This document shows positions 50,796-63,500 of a stretch of DNA of 64,000 bases, one piece after another (within the stretch, counting starts at the first letter, position 1; each line of letters begins with the position of its first letter). The stretch lies in NCBI GenBank assembly GCA_010909165.1, contig MU008178.1, positions 136,369-200,368 on the forward strand. Reading direction: 5' to 3'. The notes under the pieces are model-generated. The model did no database searches. It had not been told where the DNA came from and saw nothing but the letters and a program-made list of their open reading frames with translations. The position numbers and the translations under genes were made by a program. This stretch comes from Anthoceros angustus. Lineage: Eukaryota > Plantae > Anthocerotophyta.

Positions 50796-52125
50796 CCCTC
50801 CTGTTGCATTCGTCCATACAAAAATAGCGCCTCTTGACCAAGCCCTTTACATCCATACCCGGCCAATCGGGGCATTCCAAGTCACCACATCCTTTGGGCT
50901 CAAGCATTCAAAAACTTGATGCGCATCTTCTGCCATACACACTTTGCCTACATGTCCACCGGGCAAGTGCCCACAAGTGTGTTATCTAGTCCTCTCTCCA
51001 CAATGCAGTGCAGTGCACCGCCTTCCAGAAGGCACTTGCGTTTGCAGAGCCTTGAGGCAAGCAAAATAACATGGTTGCCCACAATCGTGCCCTCCTTCTC
51101 CATTTGTCCATACAGAACAAGCGCCTCTTGGCCAAGCCCATGATTTGCATACCCAACTATCAGGGCCGTCCATGTCACGACATCCTTTCTGCCTAACCTA
51201 TCAAAAACCGTGTGTGCCTCTTCCGATTCACCACGGTTTGCGTACATGTCCACCAGACGGTTGGCAATAAACAAGTTCGGTGGAATGTCCATGCAACATA
51301 TCATCTGCACTTTTACGCTAGATTCGAGTCCACAATGCACAAGCTTGAAGGGTTGCTACAAAGATGTGGGCATCCGCCTTCACACAGGCGACACATCGCA
51401 TAGTAAAGTTGTATCGCCTCATTAGGCTCCCCATGTGTAGCATGTGCGGAGATTATTGAAAACCACATGAAGGGATTTGGTTTGCCCACCCTCCGTAGCC
51501 TACCTCCGGATACATACATATGCAAGATATGGTTCCCCAAGTATGTGATTGACTCGTACCCAAGTTTGTGTGAGATCATGAGCGTCATCCCACAACCATG
51601 TCCTTCTTATACGCACAAAGTTTTAGCCGACATATAAGATGGGTGAGGAATAGAATAGTCTATCTCGATTTCTGAGCTCCAACGGCCTCGATAAGCTTTC
51701 CTACTCACATAACGTCTTGATGGTTACGGTGTCACGACTCCCATATCAATCGGCACACCTCCCGAGGCTCGGGCTTTCTTGGGAGAGCTCGACTTGGAAG
51801 GAGAAGCACAATGACCACTGCATATTCAAAGAAACAAGCTTCTCATCCAACAAGTGGCTTGAACATGTTGTTTAACCGAGGACCTCACGGACTCCTTGCA
51901 GAATGTCGGTGAGCGAGCTCCTCTTACCTCGCCTAGTTTCCCACGCACAAGAGGGGAGTCCTAGGAAGTGGTGATGGGAGGCGGTTACTTGGTGTGGTCA
52001 CCGAGAAGCGGTGGCCGCTCAAGTCCGCTACTTCAGTCAGTAGTCCTATCTATTCAAATAGGTAGGACTCAAGTCCTTAGTCTTTGGGGTTTCTCAAGTC
52101 CTTGGTCTTTGAAGAGCAGACTCAA

Positions 52126-52345
52126 GTCCTTGGTCTTGAGGTTTGAATGATGTTCCTTGGTCCTTGGGAAAAGTAGCAAGTAGATAGAAGCCTATTTGAG
52201 TCCTTGGTCTTGAGGTTCGGAAGGATGTTCCTTGGTCCTTGGGAAAATAGTATGTAGATAGAAACTTAGTCCTTGGTCTTCGGGGTTTCGGAAGGATGTT
52301 CCTTGGTCCTTGGGAAAAGTAGCATGTAGATAGAAACCTATTTCG
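52126..52345 (+). repeat. ~70-75-bp tandem repeat x3 within the CACTA element
   Basis: gtccttggtctt...gatgttccttggtccttgggaaaa...gtagatagaa occurs three times. Confidence 0.8.
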
Positions 52346-52529
52346 AGGGCCGAGGAAGGCAACTTCCTTGAACCATGGGAATTCCGTTTTCTAGATATTG
52401 CATGTAGGGCTATATATGCATGTTAGGTAGGCTGCGGGGTAAAATTGGCCGACTCATCAAGGGCACAGTCGGGACATGTATACAATCTCGCTACTCCATG
52501 GTGGAGTAGTGAGTTCAACCTAGGCCGGG

Positions 52530-55500
52530 GGTATACGGTTGAAAATTTTATAGCAACTGCGAATCTAGGTAGGAATCTAGTGTACTTCCTTTTGGATTGC
52601 GACCTTACGCAATTCAATGGAGATACACTAGGACAAGCTACTGATTAGCGCTACATATAAAGATTTGTAATACAATGATATGCAGAGTTTTTGCATATTA
52701 GCAGCACAAAGTCAGGCCTAATGAAATGGCCAATCCGAGGCGCCTTGATGGCGGCCTCGCCTGGAGCTAATTTCTAATAGACGCAATAGGTATAGAGTTT
52801 CTGATAGGCCTTCACTTGTTGTAGAGGCATGTTGGCATGTTGAAATGTTGAAATGTCAGCTGCACAGATCTGGAAGAGGTTGAAAGACGTGTATGCAGGA
52901 CGAAATGTCATTAGTGTAATGGCAGCATTGAGGTGATTCCTTTTGCAATTGGGATGTTGTAAATGGTTTTGTAAAAGGCATTGTAAATAGGTGACATGGC
53001 AAGGGTTGCTGACTAGGCGCCACATGGCAATGGGCACCACGTCATCACATGGTGATGTGGCAATGAGGGCCATGTCATCAAATCATGCCACGTCATCACC
53101 TGATGATGTGGCAATGAAGGGCCATGTGGCAACAACATGCCATGTCATCACTTGGTGATGTGGCGCCATATCACCACTTTAATGACATGGCACCGAACCG
53201 CCATGTCGCAATTTTACAACGCCATGAAGCTCTCGGTTTGCGTTATTCACGCGTTTACAATCTTCGCGTTGTAACACCCGTTGTAAAAACCGTTGTAAAA
53301 ACCCTCATTTTCTTGTAGTGAGCACTTACATAAGAGTACAGTCTGAAGGATGCATGAGTTATCGCAATGGTAGATTGGTGATTCCCTTTGAACTTGCTGA
53401 GTGAAGCACTCAATTTTACATGATTTCCATGACTCCTCTATCGTGGGCCATCTCGGTATTGACAAGATGTATGCCTGTGTAAGAGAATATTATTATTGGG
53501 AAGGACTCCGGCATAATTGCATAGATTGGGTTCGCTCCTGCCAACAAGTAAAACAAGCCATCAAAAGCAGCTAGGCTTGTTACAACCCCTGCAAATCCCT
53601 GATGGCCGATTCAGATCGATATCCATGGATTTTATTACTCACCTACCTCGAACTCGTTCGGGTAAGGATAGTATTTGGTTGTTATGATGATTTTCTAAAG
53701 TCTCGTCACTTTATTCCAATCACATCCACCATCACAACCTCCAAGCCGAAGTCTTTGTGAAGGAATCTTCGTGCTTCATGGTGCACGAGGATATTATCTC
53801 CAGAATGCCAAGTTCACTTCTGGAATTTGGCGCACCTTCATGGAAACCGTCCTGACTCAGATGAGCAAACCGAAAGAAAAACCAGATATTGGAGGATATG
53901 CTGCGACATTTCACAAATGAGAAGCAAAGCAAGTGGGAGGAGCTTCTTCCCTTAGTCGAATATGCATAAAATTCGTCTAGGCATGCAACCACGGGAGTGA
54001 CCCCCTTCAAGTTGCTCTCTAGGGAGACCCCTCCACCACTAGGCTTGTGGCCCAGCAACTAGGAATCTTTGGTGTAGTGCCGTGAGTATACTTGAAAATT
54101 TTATAGCAACTGCGAATCTAGAACTTAGTGTATTTCCTTTTGGATTGCGCTCGCAATTCCAATGGAGATACACTAGGACAATCGCCCGATTGGTGCTACA
54201 TATAAAGATTTGTAATACAATGATATGCGAGTTCTTGCATATTAGCAAGACAAAGTCGCCTAATGAAATGGCTAATCCAGCGCGCCATGGCGCCGCCGAG
54301 CTAATTTCTAATAGACGCAATAGGTATAGAGTTTCTGATAGGCCTTCACTTGTTGTAGAGGCATGTTAGAGGCATGTTGAAATGTTGAAATGTCACCGCA
54401 TGTATCCGGAAGAGGTTGAAAGACGGTATGCAGTGATTTAAATGTCATTAGTGTAATGGCGCATTGAGGTGATTCCTTTGCAATTGGGATGTTGTAAATG
54501 GTTTTGTAAAAGGCATTGTAAATAGGTGACATAAAAAGGGTTGCTGACTAGGCGCCACATGGCAATGGGCACCACGTCATCACATGGTGATGTGGCAATG
54601 AGGGCTGTCATCAAATCATGCCATGTCATCACCTGATGATGTGGCAATGAAGGGCCATGTGGCAACAACATGCCATGTCATCACTTGGTGATGTGGCACC
54701 ACTTTAATGACATGGCACTGGAACTGGCCATGTCAGCAATTTTACAACGTCATGAAGCTCTCGGTTTACAACGGCGTTGTTACGCCGTTTTACAATGCCG
54801 CGTTGTAACACCCGTTGTAAAAACCGTTGTAAAAACCCTCATTTTCTTGTAGTGAGCACTTACATAAGAGTACAGTCTGAAGGATGCATGAGTTATCGCA
54901 ATGGTAGATTGGTGATTCCCTTTGAACTTGCTGAGTGAAGCACTCAATTTTACATGATTTCCATGACTCCCCTATCGTGGGCCATCTCGGTATTGACAAG
55001 ATGTATGCCTGTGTAAGAGAATATTATTATTGGGAAGGACTCCGGCATAATTGCATAGATTGGGTTCGCTCCTGCCAACAAGTAAAACAAGCCATCAAAA
55101 GCAGCTAGGCTTGTTACAACCCCTGCAAATCCCTGATGGCCGATTCAGATCGATATCCATGGATTTTATTACTCACCTACCTCGAACTCGTTCGGGTAAG
55201 GATAGTATTTGGGTTGTTATGGACAGATTTTCTAAAGTCTGTCACTTTATTCCAATCACATCCACCATCACAACCTCCAAGCTGGAAGCTGTCTTTGTGA
55301 AGGAAATCTTCAGGCTTCATGGTGCACCTGAGGATATTATCTCTGACAGGAATGCCAAGTTCACTTCTGGAATTTGGCGCACCTTCATGGAAACCGTCCT
55401 GACTCAGATGAGCAAACCGAAAGAAAAACCAGATATTGGAGGATATGCTGCGACATTTCACAAATGAGAAGCAAAGCAAGTGGGAGGAGCTTCTTCCCTT

Positions 55501-55620
55501 AGTCGAATATGCATAAAATTGCCTAGGCATGCAACCACGGAGTGACCTTCGTTGCTCTAGGGAGACCCCTCCACCACTAGGCTTGTGGCCCAGCAACTAG
55601 GAATGCTGGTGTAGTGCCGC
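52530..55620. repeat. Direct tandem duplication of ~1.55 kb spanning the CACTA right end and the Gypsy integrase
   Basis: ttgaaaattttatagcaactgcgaatctag occurs at ~52540 and ~54091. The CACTA end plus AGC occurs at both 53320 and 54854. Confidence 0.9.
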
Positions 55621-56065
55621 TGAAGTGGCGGAGAATATTTGGCATGAGGTAAAGTTGGCCAAGCACAAACTTCAAGCAGCACAAAACCGCACATACACGA
55701 CAGCCAATCGGAATCGCAAGGAGGTCAGCTACGCAATTGGGCAGCAAGTTTGGCTTCGAATCCGACCACACAGGTATCCTGCACTCATCCAGAAAAGAGA
55801 CAAGCTAACCGATTGCTTTGCAGGCCCCTTCCGGATCTTGCAACGCATTGACCCGGTTGCCTGCTGCCTGGATCTGCCAGCGGACTGGCATATGTGCGGC
55901 ACATTTGATGTCTCTATGCTCAAGCCTGTTGTTTCACGCTGCCCTAGCCTGCAACCCTCCACAAGTCCATCAGCCAGTTTTGCCCAGAATCCATCCACAG
56001 ATTCCAACACCTCTACTCTGATCAGTCCCATACCAGATGTATCCAGCAATCTTGCCCACCACTAG
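53321..56065 (+). mobile_element. Ty3/Gypsy element, right part: integrase (HHCC zinc finger, core, SH3-like C-terminus), partly duplicated
   Basis: HDSSIVGHLGIDKMYACV, ISMDFITHLP, WVVMDRFSKVCHF, HGAPEDIISDRNAKFTS and GQQVWLRI..GPFRIL. No chromodomain was recognised. Confidence 0.9.
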
Positions 56066-56267
56066 TCTTCTGATTCCGGCAATTTTGCCCATAGCCAATC
56101 GTTAGATCTCAATCCCAGCCCCTCTATATTAGCCTAGCCTAGCCCGGAACCAGCTCGCCCTAGCAGCCCGCTTGCTTCCCCTGTGCTCCACCTACCTGCC
56201 GTGGCGCATCCTTCTACACCGTAATCGCCAACTTCGGCGGAGGTGAGTCACCGATTTCCTGGTGGCT

Positions 56268-57167
56268 TGTAGCTCGAGCAATGGGTACCGCAGAAAACCA
56301 AAGGTATTGATTTCCTGATCCAATAATGATGAGATAATATTAGTCAACTGACCAGGTAGATGATTAGAGTAATAGATGATAAATAGGTAATTGAGAGATG
56401 ATTAGGTGAATAGTAGATAATTAGAATAACATCCATTAAACTAGGATAAATGCTATAAAAAGAAAATAGCTCCCAACTAACTCGAGTAAAACCGGAAAGT
56501 CTAACGTCTAGCCTAGAAGACCAAAAACAAAGAGGTTAAACCGGCATGCGCGGCCTTCCTGACATGCTTGCGCAACAACAGTCCAAAAACGCAAGGATGG
56601 AGAAAGTCTTGAGTAGACATCATGTGCATGACATGCACCATGTGAGGATATCGCTTGGCTTACGAGTAGGTAGCAATATTCATCTTAAAGTCCTCATCTC
56701 CAGCGAACACCATCTAAATCTCTCCCTGCAACGCCCTCTTCCCAAGATCTCAAACACCACATAGTAGTCATCCAAATACGGATCCTCTCGTCAAAAGAGA
56801 AGCTCCAAGATATTGTATCAACACCCGGAGCACTGCGCTTGCTGGCTCAGCACCATAGCACTTCCAGACATTTAGAATCTCATTTTGTCAGATTCTAATC
56901 GAAACACAATCAACTTCAATTTCCTTCAAAACCAGATCTAACATCCCCAATCATTCTTGGGTTAACCAAACTTCCACGTTCCCAAGGACATAATCTGTAC
57001 AACCCGCTAGCTAGGATAAAATGGAGGTGTTTGACCCTTGGGATTTCGATACCCGCCTTTTAAAGGTAGATGGACTCACTCCATTTTTTCTCCCTTAATT
57101 AAGCCCTTCATCTTTTCTTGTCCAAAAAAAAAAGAACAAAAAGATAAAATAAAACCGGGGCGCTACA
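56268..57167. mobile_element. Candidate LTR (900 bp) with TGTAGC...GCTACA termini
   Basis: 6-bp inverted ends; the 3' end CCGGGGCGCTACA resembles chromovirus LTR ends. It lies just downstream of the Gypsy integrase. No clear PPT, TSD or partner LTR was found. Confidence 0.35.
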
Positions 57168-57534
57168 TGGTACATGTTTAGACCTGTAGTGCGCTTTTGT
57201 TGTACCTATTGTATATGTAGTGATGATAGAATATGTAGCTGGAATAGATGTGAGTTGAGAATTGGTTTAGTAACGTGTGTAACCTAAATAAACCTAAAGA
57301 GGAAAATGAAGGCAGACGTTGTAGACCAAAAATTGTGGGTCGCATCAAGAAGAATTCATGGTCCCAAGGCACAAAACGGCCGATGGGTGCTATTTCAATT
57401 CATGGTTATCGAGTTCCAAGCTGCAGCGCGGCACCAAAGTGGCGGCTCAAACAGGAGCAGGAGCAGGAGCAGGAGCAGCTGCAGCAAGAGCATGAGACCA
57501 ACCGCGAGGCCCGGGAGTCCCCTTTGCTAGGTTT

Positions 57535-60500
57535 ATGGCAGGACCGCCGCAGCAGCAGCAGCAGCAACCGACTCCCGCCCAGCAGGGCGCTGGACGCGGG
57601 AGAGGGATGACGCTTCCAGCCTGGATGACAGGTACCTCCCCGCCCTCCCTTTCTCCGCAGGCCAGACCTGAATTTGCAGCTCCAGCTCGCTGGAACAGCC
57701 TGCTGGTTATGGAAGGCAGTAGAATGTTGGCAACTCTCTGGAATGCGCAAATGCGCTTGTCTGAGAGGTCCCTGCGCAATTTTTGGGTGGTCACTTTGTA
57801 CTGCCTCCCTCTCATGCTTGGCACCTTTTCCTCCTCAGGTGGTCCGTCCACCGCTACTCCGGGGGCGCCTCCTCCAGGGGCCACGTCCACTGCACCCCTG
57901 GTGAGTTCTGCCCGAATGCTGTGCCCAGAAGGTCAGTGTGGCGGTTCCATTGTCTTTGTTGGGCTCCTAATGTTGCGTCCTGTGCTGAAGGGACAGTTTC
58001 GAGCTGGTGGTCCGCCCCAACCAGCGCAGCAGTTTCTTCCTTCGGGTGGCCAGCAATTTAGGCCAGGGATTAGCACACAGGTAGGCATGCCGACAACCTT
58101 GCACAGCCATGGAACCACTCTTGCGCCTTCTCAATACTCACAGCACATGATGCCATGTCGTCTGCCACCGCAGAGCCAGCCACCTGCAACCACTCCAGGA
58201 CCTCCCTCTTTTATTCCACAGCAGCGGCCCATTCCCACTGTGGCAACCCCTGTGGTGCAGCAGTCTCAACCTCTCAGCATGCCACCTCTTCCTGGGCCTG
58301 CCACAGTGCCAACCGCAGCGTCATATTCTGTATGCTTTCGATTCCTTGGGACCATTAGCTGCCGCACCTTGTTTGCAGCCTGATGGGATTGCTCTGTTTT
58401 CTGGTAGTAAGCTGATATCTCTCAACTTGCCAAATCTTTGCAGTTTGCTCCGCCACCTTCGCAGTTTTCTCAGCCACCCATTGCTTTTTCTTATCAAGGC
58501 CAGAGCCAGCCTTCGTCTGTTCCACATCATCCTGCAGCCAGCCAGTCATGGCCTGTGATCGGAGGCCAGAGCAATGTTGTTGGTGCATCGGGAGTTCATG
58601 TGGGTCTCCTCTTCCACGAATGAAGTTTGGTTGTGATTTGCGTGTCAGTTTGCGAGCCATGTGGGTCCCAATGCATGTCATCTGACGTATACCCAGTACT
58701 GATCTGTGTATATTGGCAGCCTTCCGCTCCAGGAGCTGTGTCTGCTGCTTCAGACTGGCAGGAGCATGTTGCACCAGATCAAAGGAGGTGGGCTTGAAAT
58801 ACTGTGTGACTTAACTTTCTCAGGTGGGGTTGTAATAGTGCTGCCTAATGTCTTCAATTCTTCTGCTAGGTATTACTACAACAAGAGGACCAAACAGTCA
58901 AGCTGGGAGAAACCTCAAGAACTGATGACAGCCACAGAGGTAGGGTGTTTAGTCCATGCTGATATGCCTTACCAAGTAATAAACATCTCAGTGTCTGGAA
59001 GTCTGAAAGACGTGCGACTGTCGTTTGCTGTGCTGTGGCAAACTTTGCAGCGAGCAGATGCGTCAACTGTCTGGAAGGAATTCACAAATACGGATGGAAG
59101 AAAGTATGTATGCATTTACTTTGTGTCAGGCTGTGGGTCGCTGCAATCATATAGTCTATCATAATCTCCTTTGTTTCTTGTTGGATTTTCTTTGATGGGT
59201 CTTCTTTGTGTACCAGGTACTACTACAACAAGGTGACAAAGCAGTCCAAGTGGACGATGCCAGATGAGATGAAGGTACGTTTTTTCAGTCAGTGGTTGCT
59301 GCATCAGGCAAATGATTCAAGAACCCAAGGGTTGTAGTCATGTCACAGTCAGGACATCTAACATATTTAAGCCTTTGTGGATTGTCTCTATGACAGGCAG
59401 CTCGGGAGCAAGCTGAGAAAAGTTTAGGAACAACGACTGTCACAGTAGATGGCTCATTGGCCACCGCTTCTTCTGAAATCGTGAAAGTTGCATCCCCTGT
59501 TGTTTCTGTCGCGGCAGCTAGCAAGCCTTCTGCTGCTAGTTCTGGGCAAGCAACTACGTCACCACAAGGGACACAACCAGTAACTGCAAAAGCTATGTCT
59601 GTGAGCTCACCAAACAGTGTGGGTTTGACGATCTCTGGCTCAGTCGCTGCAGCAGCTCTTCTTGCTTCTAGTGCGCCTGCATTAAACAATGGTATTGCAG
59701 TGTCGTCCCCATCTGCTGCAGGAGCAAAGTTGTGAGTCCATGGCACTGGCCCTCTGCTCTACTTCTCCTTCCTGCATCCATGGTTGTCATCTTTAGACCT
59801 TGTTAGGGACAAGCGTACTACTAGTGTGTCTTTGGATTGCTCATCTGTTATCCTGCATGTCTTGTGCTAATAGATTGGTTCTGTTGCACGTGCACCATGT
59901 GCTTGTCAGGGATGAGGGTGCTGCCAAAGATTTGAAGGTAGTGACGTTGGAAGTTTCTACACAAGAGATTGAGGTATCTTTAAGTCACGGACTCTTGTAT
60001 GATCCTTTTGGTGTTGTAATTTAATCTTCGCTGTGGCCCTAATGTGTTTGCCTTATTTGGTAGCAACGTCCCCTGCTTCCGGCCATCTAATATTGGAAAG
60101 TAATTTTGTCTGGCATGCCTCTGTAGGAAGCGATGGAGGCAATGCCAAGTGCAGGAAAGATTAAAAGCACGCCAGTTTCAGAGGAGAAGGCTGTGCCTGC
60201 TGCAGAAGAGCCTCCGACATTTGCCAATAAGATTGTGAGTGTGTTTGCACGTCTGTGTGTGACTTTTGACTGGGATTTTTCAACGCTTGCACTGGTCTAG
60301 CTAGATGTGAGTTTTTCTTGCAATATTTTATGAAGAAGATGATCCTTCAGGAAGCCAAGAATGCCTTCAAGGAGCTGCTCGAGTCTGTCCATGTAGAATC
60401 AGACTGGACTTGGGAGCAGGTGCACGTCCTTACCCTCGCAGCTTCCCAGTTTCTTCAGCTCATGTTAAGCTGTCATCCTGTATGCTGTCTCTAAAATCAG

Positions 60501-63500
60501 CGGGGGTGACAGTTACAATCTTTTCTCTCTGTAGGATTCTTAGGACCCCTTCACTGCTGGTGCTAATCTGTGCTCACGTGTTTCCTGTTCATGGTGGAAG
60601 TGTTGTTGTTATTGCTTGTGATGCTTTCAGGAATGTTTGATGGGCGCCACGTTTAATGCTAGCTGTAGCAGTCAAGAAAACTATTTTGACAGTTATTTCC
60701 TATTCCTTGTTTTGTAGGCTATGCGGGTGATAATCAATGACAAGAGATATGGGGTATTGAAGACTCTAGGAGAAAGAAAACAAGCATTCAATGAAGTAAG
60801 CCATTCTGCCTGCTCTCAAAATGGTCTGCTATTACTTGTAGAGGTGCACAATCTGTTCCCAATTCGATCTTTACGGAATGATCCAACAATAGCTTGTTTG
60901 GTCCCATAGTATCTGGCGCAAAGGAAGAAGCAAGAGACAGAGGAGAAACGGCTGAAACAAAAAAAGGCACGGGAGGATTTTCTTGTGATGTTGGAGGTAC
61001 CCTGCTATTGAGGCTTGATTTGTTGTTACTTCAGGGGGTGCAATGCAGCGCTCATAATTGGGAGTGAAACTTTCCAATAGTTGTGAGCATAACCTTCTTG
61101 TTTCTTTAATCAGGATTCAAAGGAGCTGACCTCTACTATGCGTTGGAGGTGGGAGCCTTACATCTTTGAACAGTGATTTTCTGTTGGCCTAGCCCTTGCT
61201 GTCGTCTTACCTTTTTCTAATCAACGCTCAACAATGCAGTAAAGCACTCCTGTTGTTTGAGGAAGATCCAAGGTTCTTGGCTGTGGAGAAGGAGCGTGAA
61301 AGGGAGGAACTCTTTGAGGACTATCTGGTTGACCTGGAAAGAAAGGTAGGACGAGTTCTGGCTCGTGTTTTGTTCTTTACAGTATAATGTTCAGGTAAGT
61401 CCTGTGTAAGGATTCTCCTTGTGCAGCTCTGGGTATTTGTATTTACTATCTTTCTGGTTCTGTTTCCCGTGAAGGAACGGGAAAGGGCAAGGGAGGAGCG
61501 GAAGAAGAATTTGGCTGAATATCGGGCTTACTTAGAAACATGTGACTTTGTGAAGGTTAGATTTTCAATCCGTATGTTTGCTGAGGTTTCTTGTCTTCAA
61601 ATTGTTGCCTCTCGTTGGTTCTCTCTGAGATTGAGAGAACTGCAGGCTACAAGTCAGTGGAGGAAAGTGCAGGATAAACTTGAGGATGATGAGCGCTGCA
61701 CTCGCTTGGACAAAATAGATCGATTGGAGGTGTTTCAGGTGAGATCACTCTACTCTGTAGTTCATCTAGCGTTTTGTTTTCAGTTGTTAAAGTACAGATA
61801 CGTCTTGGCACAAGTGCAGGAGTACATTCGCGATTTGGAGAAACAAGAGGAGGAAGAGAAGAAATTACAAAAGGTTAAGGCAACGTGTGCTTGCCCTAAA
61901 GCTTGCTGAGGTACTGGCTCTTTGATTTGAGTGAATCCCTGAGTGTGTGGAGGTACTCTATGGTTCCAGGAACAATTACGGAGAAAAGAACGCAAAAATC
62001 GGGATGAATTCAGAAAGGTTATGGATGAAGATAAGCTGTCAGGGGTGTTGAATGCCAGGACGTCATGGCGAGAATACCTAGTCAAGGTTGTCATCTCAAT
62101 GAAAACACCCCTCTGTTTGTTATGATGCATGATATCTGGTTGCTTACACGTTTTCTGTTTTTGTAGGTTAAAGAACATCCTGCTTATGTGGCGGTGGCAG
62201 GAAACACTTCTGGTTCAACTCCCAAAGAACTCTTTGAAGATGTTGCTGAAGAGTTAGAAAAGCAGGTAACTGGTGTAAAAATCCAGTAAGATTTCTTCGC
62301 GTCATTAGTACTGATCATTGTTCTCTTGGTGGCCAAACCTTTTGTCACTTCATAACACGTCATACTTCCTTTTGCTGTCACTCTGGCAGTATCATGAACA
62401 TAAGTCAAAGATAAAGGAGGTGATGAAGGCGTTCAAGGTGTGTATCTCTTATTTTGTTAGGCCCACAGCAGGGCTGATTTCAGTCGGATCACTGTTGTTT
62501 GATTGTATTGAATCGGAGTTTTGATCACTAGCTTATGTGTCAATGATACCTGGGCAGATAACAGTCACTACGACCTGGACCTTCGACAAGTTCAAGACTG
62601 CAATTGCTGAAGCAGGTGACTTGGTGGCGATCGCTGAACCAAACCTTAAGGTTAGTGATATTCAACTTTGTTGTGAACCAGGAGGAGGCTTTGTAGCTGC
62701 CCCTGGCAGCAACCTCTTAGTGTAGCTAGCAAACAATGTCGTAAGAACCCTTGGGCAAAGCTGCACCGGGAGAGCAAGACTAATGTGCTGAGTCAGGCAG
62801 CAAGCTTTGACTCTGGAGGTAACTGGTGGTGAGTAACTTTCTGCTGCCCACAAGAGGCAGCAGTGTATGTATTTATTACATCAGTGGACTGATCGGCGTG
62901 TAATGTAGATGCTCCTTTTGTTAAGACAAAGAACAGACAGCTTGTGAAGTCCAAGTCCTGGCTGGTTGGCTTGATGTACCCGTGCATGTCCTAGGGTTTT
63001 TAATCTTAAGCTTTTATCCTAAGCGTCTCTGTTCCATCGATTGCAGTTTGAGTGGCTTTTCCTTGTATGCTAAATCCTGTTCCTTGTATGCTTTACTGCA
63101 CGAGCTTTGAAGCGCATTGTTGTGAACCTGTGTTCTTTTTGGTGCAGCTGGTCTTTGAGGAACTTGTAGAGCGAGTGAGGGAAAAGGAGGAAAAGGAAGC
63201 CAAGAAGAAGCGCAGACTTGCCGAAGACTTCAGTGATCTTCTGCATTCCATCAAGGTACCCTTTTTGTGTGAACTCCTGGCTCATATAACATTGCCGGAT
63301 GTTCGAGGTTTGCTAGAAGATACAATTCTTAAAGGAGTTTGTGTGGTCACTGGGAGCCTTACATGCAATTGACTTCTCAGGCAATCAGTGCATCCTCCAA
63401 GTGGGAAGACTGCCGGCCATTGCTGGAAGATTCTCCGGAATATAGGTAATGCCTCCCCTGAACAAGATAAGTTGTTACAGTCTGGTGTTTGTGACCTTGT

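Larger units (their letters stand above)
48345..51590 (-). pseudogene. PLS-class PPR gene fragment inside the CACTA element, frameshifted and split by a TIR insertion
   Basis: LGNHILHMY, FIANRLVDMYA..G...AHTVFDRLGRKDVVTWTALIVGYANHGLGQEAL and KDVVTWNA...MQQEG|LLVADEVTFACLLKACASVGAL. At least one in-frame stop and several frameshifts are present. Confidence 0.88.
47230..53320. mobile_element. Non-autonomous CACTA (En/Spm) element inserted in the Gypsy element, 3-bp TSD AGC
   Basis: The right end ...CATTTTCTTGTAGTG ends at 53320; the left end is the degenerate CGCTACAAGG at 47230. AGC flanks both ends (47227-47229 and 53321-53323). Dense subterminal motifs TTTACAAC/GTTGTAAA and ATGTGGCA occur at both ends. 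No transposase was seen. Confidence 0.8.

Noticed and set aside
52445-52770. GDSL-lipase-like identity for the coding-like stretch (ENFIA...GANF)
   Set aside because: There are only two short word matches and no GDSL block; too weak to name.
57275-57610. ORF with QEQEQEQE as a separate gene
   Set aside because: It arises from a CAGGAG microsatellite in the presumed PRP40 5' UTR, begins at a non-ATG codon and has no domain.
57447-59746. Minus-strand ORFs 57447..57890 and 59285..59746
   Set aside because: These are antisense shadows of low-complexity PRP40 exons.
59974-60126. GTATCTTT donor as a U12-type intron in PRP40
   Set aside because: No TCCTTAAC-like branch point lies near the acceptor, so it is most likely an ordinary U2 intron.
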